Shown one piece after another: positions 62,469 through 64,000 of a stretch of DNA of 64,000 nt. Position numbers and translations under genes: made by a program. Under the pieces are notes generated by a model, which saw only the letters and a list, made by a program, of their open reading frames with translations, ran no database searches and was not told the origin of the DNA. Source of the stretch: Chlorokybus atmophyticus (Eukaryota > Plantae > Mesostigma and Chlorokybus algae); NCBI GenBank assembly GCA_009103225.1, contig RHPI01000260.1, positions 258,203-322,202 of the forward strand, in the 5' to 3' direction. The first letter of the stretch is position 1; the number at the start of each line of letters is the position of its first letter.

Positions 62469-64000
62469 TTACTGGTCTCGCATGATGTCAACAAGCCGCA
62501 TGAATAGGCGATACTTAGCGTCCCAGGCTTCGCGTACTTCTGGGTCAGTATTGGGCTCTATGACACCGCCGCCCTGCGCAGACATGGCATGCATGGCAGC
62601 AAGGAGGTTGCTGTCATTGTCATGCCCCTCGGCGGCAGCGGCGGCGCCGAGAATGGCAGCCCCCACGGCCACGCCATCATCGGTGCTCGGAAGCCGCACG
62701 GGGCACCCGCAAGCATCCGCAAGGGCTCGAACGAAGAGTTTGTTCTTCACCAGCCCGCCGCAAATACACAGCGTGTACGCGGTGATGTCCGCAAGCTCGT
62801 TCTCGCCCTTCCTTGCCTCAGTCCTCGCTACCGTCTCGATAATCGCCCTAATGGACAACGCCAACGCATGCACATGCGCAGCATACAACCTGCACATGTG
62901 CAAATGACAGTGAGTTGACAGTAAGAGTGCGAGAACATGTTCTGCTTCCTGTAAGCATGAAGTTCAAGACCAGTTGTCACCTGGCAAGGTTGTCAACGGA
63001 GTCCGGGGTGGGTTCAAGCTCCAAACCGATTACGGCACCTCGCATCTTGGTGCCAAAGAGCCGCGAGCCGTGGTGATACGGGACCACGGTGAGGCCCCAG
63101 CCTTGCCGGCGCGGGTCGTCCCCAATCACATCATCCACAAGGTATCTGCCCAAGCAGTGCGTATCATAACGTGTCTGAATACTGTGTACAGGATCCCACG
63201 CTCTTACTTCTGCACGTCCTTGCCGGCATGGCCGGCGCGGTTGCTGAGCTCCTTGTTGGCAGGGTGTGACTTCAACACGTAGTCCAGCAGCAGGCCGGTG
63301 GCTGATTCCCCACCCTCTAGAACCCATAATCCAGGAACCATGGACTGTGCAACCGCAACAAGGACAACATGAGAAAAGCACGCCATGTACAAGTGCACAA
63401 CGTAATCTCTATGTCTCTTGACGAACGAACTGCTGGTGAGGGCGTAACGCACACCCACCCACCTTGAAGCAGGGTCCCCACACTCCCGGTGCAAAGACCT
63501 CCTCCCTGGTTGATAGCATGACGCACGTGGAGCTCCCTGCAGTCACCGCAACCCGTTTTTCCATGGCCACTACCTCCTGGCCTCCTCCCCCTCCTAGCAC
63601 ACCCACGCCGCCGCAGTGCGCGTCCACCATGCCCGCCAATACAGCGACGGACGACGGCGAGGCCTCGAGCCCCATGGCCGCACGGGCCTCTGCGGACAGC
63701 ACCCCCGCTCGCTGCCCGGGCTCTAACACCCTGCTCGCGGGAGGCAACAATTCAGGCCTCCCCAACAGGTCCTCGAGACCCATCGCCTGTGCATAACGGA
63801 AAGTGTGGCCAGTATGTGGCTGCAGAATGCTGGCAGCATTTGGTGGCACAGCAAGAATTGTTGTTTTGGGTGATTGGACGTACACGAACTGCACGATGTC
63901 GCCATGCGGACCTACCTAGGAATGCATTCACGAGCATGTCCACCTAGCTGCCTACCAGATGTGTAATACCATACCGTATTACTATATGACGTAGTACGCC
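62469..64000 (-). CDS. FGGY: FGGY-family carbohydrate kinase, tandem paralog B (5' end beyond the window)
   Basis: Same exon structure as copy A with open frames: GMVDAHCGG, TAGSSTCVM, LEGGESATG, PYHHGSR, ICGGLVKNKLF; ends ...VDIMRDQ*. Confidence 0.9.

Overview
Gene-dense, intron-rich eukaryotic nuclear DNA from a green alga. The plant-type TPST, At2g17705-like genes, a BK channel and a ciliary-type gene suggest an early-diverging, flagellated streptophyte alga; this is inference. The standard genetic code applies, since TAG terminates Grx, H2B and the SDR. Genes reconstructed by manual splicing, in order: plastid CGFS glutaredoxin; a Cys-repeat surface protein with a GPI-like tail; a plastid-targeted LarC C-terminal-domain protein; MRG1; a very large CPLANE1/JBTS17-like beta-propeller protein; intron-containing histone H2B; a small type II membrane protein; DDRGK1/UFBP1; an SDR; plant-type tyrosylprotein sulfotransferase; complex I B9/NDUFA3; a plastid Gly-rich membrane protein; a BK/Slo-type K+ channel; and two tandem FGGY kinases. 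Accessory DNA includes a decayed Penelope-like RT, an orphan DCC-family exon, a stop-riddled coiled-coil pseudogene, AT-rich islands, an inverted duplicate pair of At2g17705-like genes (each with a different lesion), local tandem duplications and long (TC)n runs next to assembly gaps. All homology calls come from motif recognition and remembered sequences; no searches were run.
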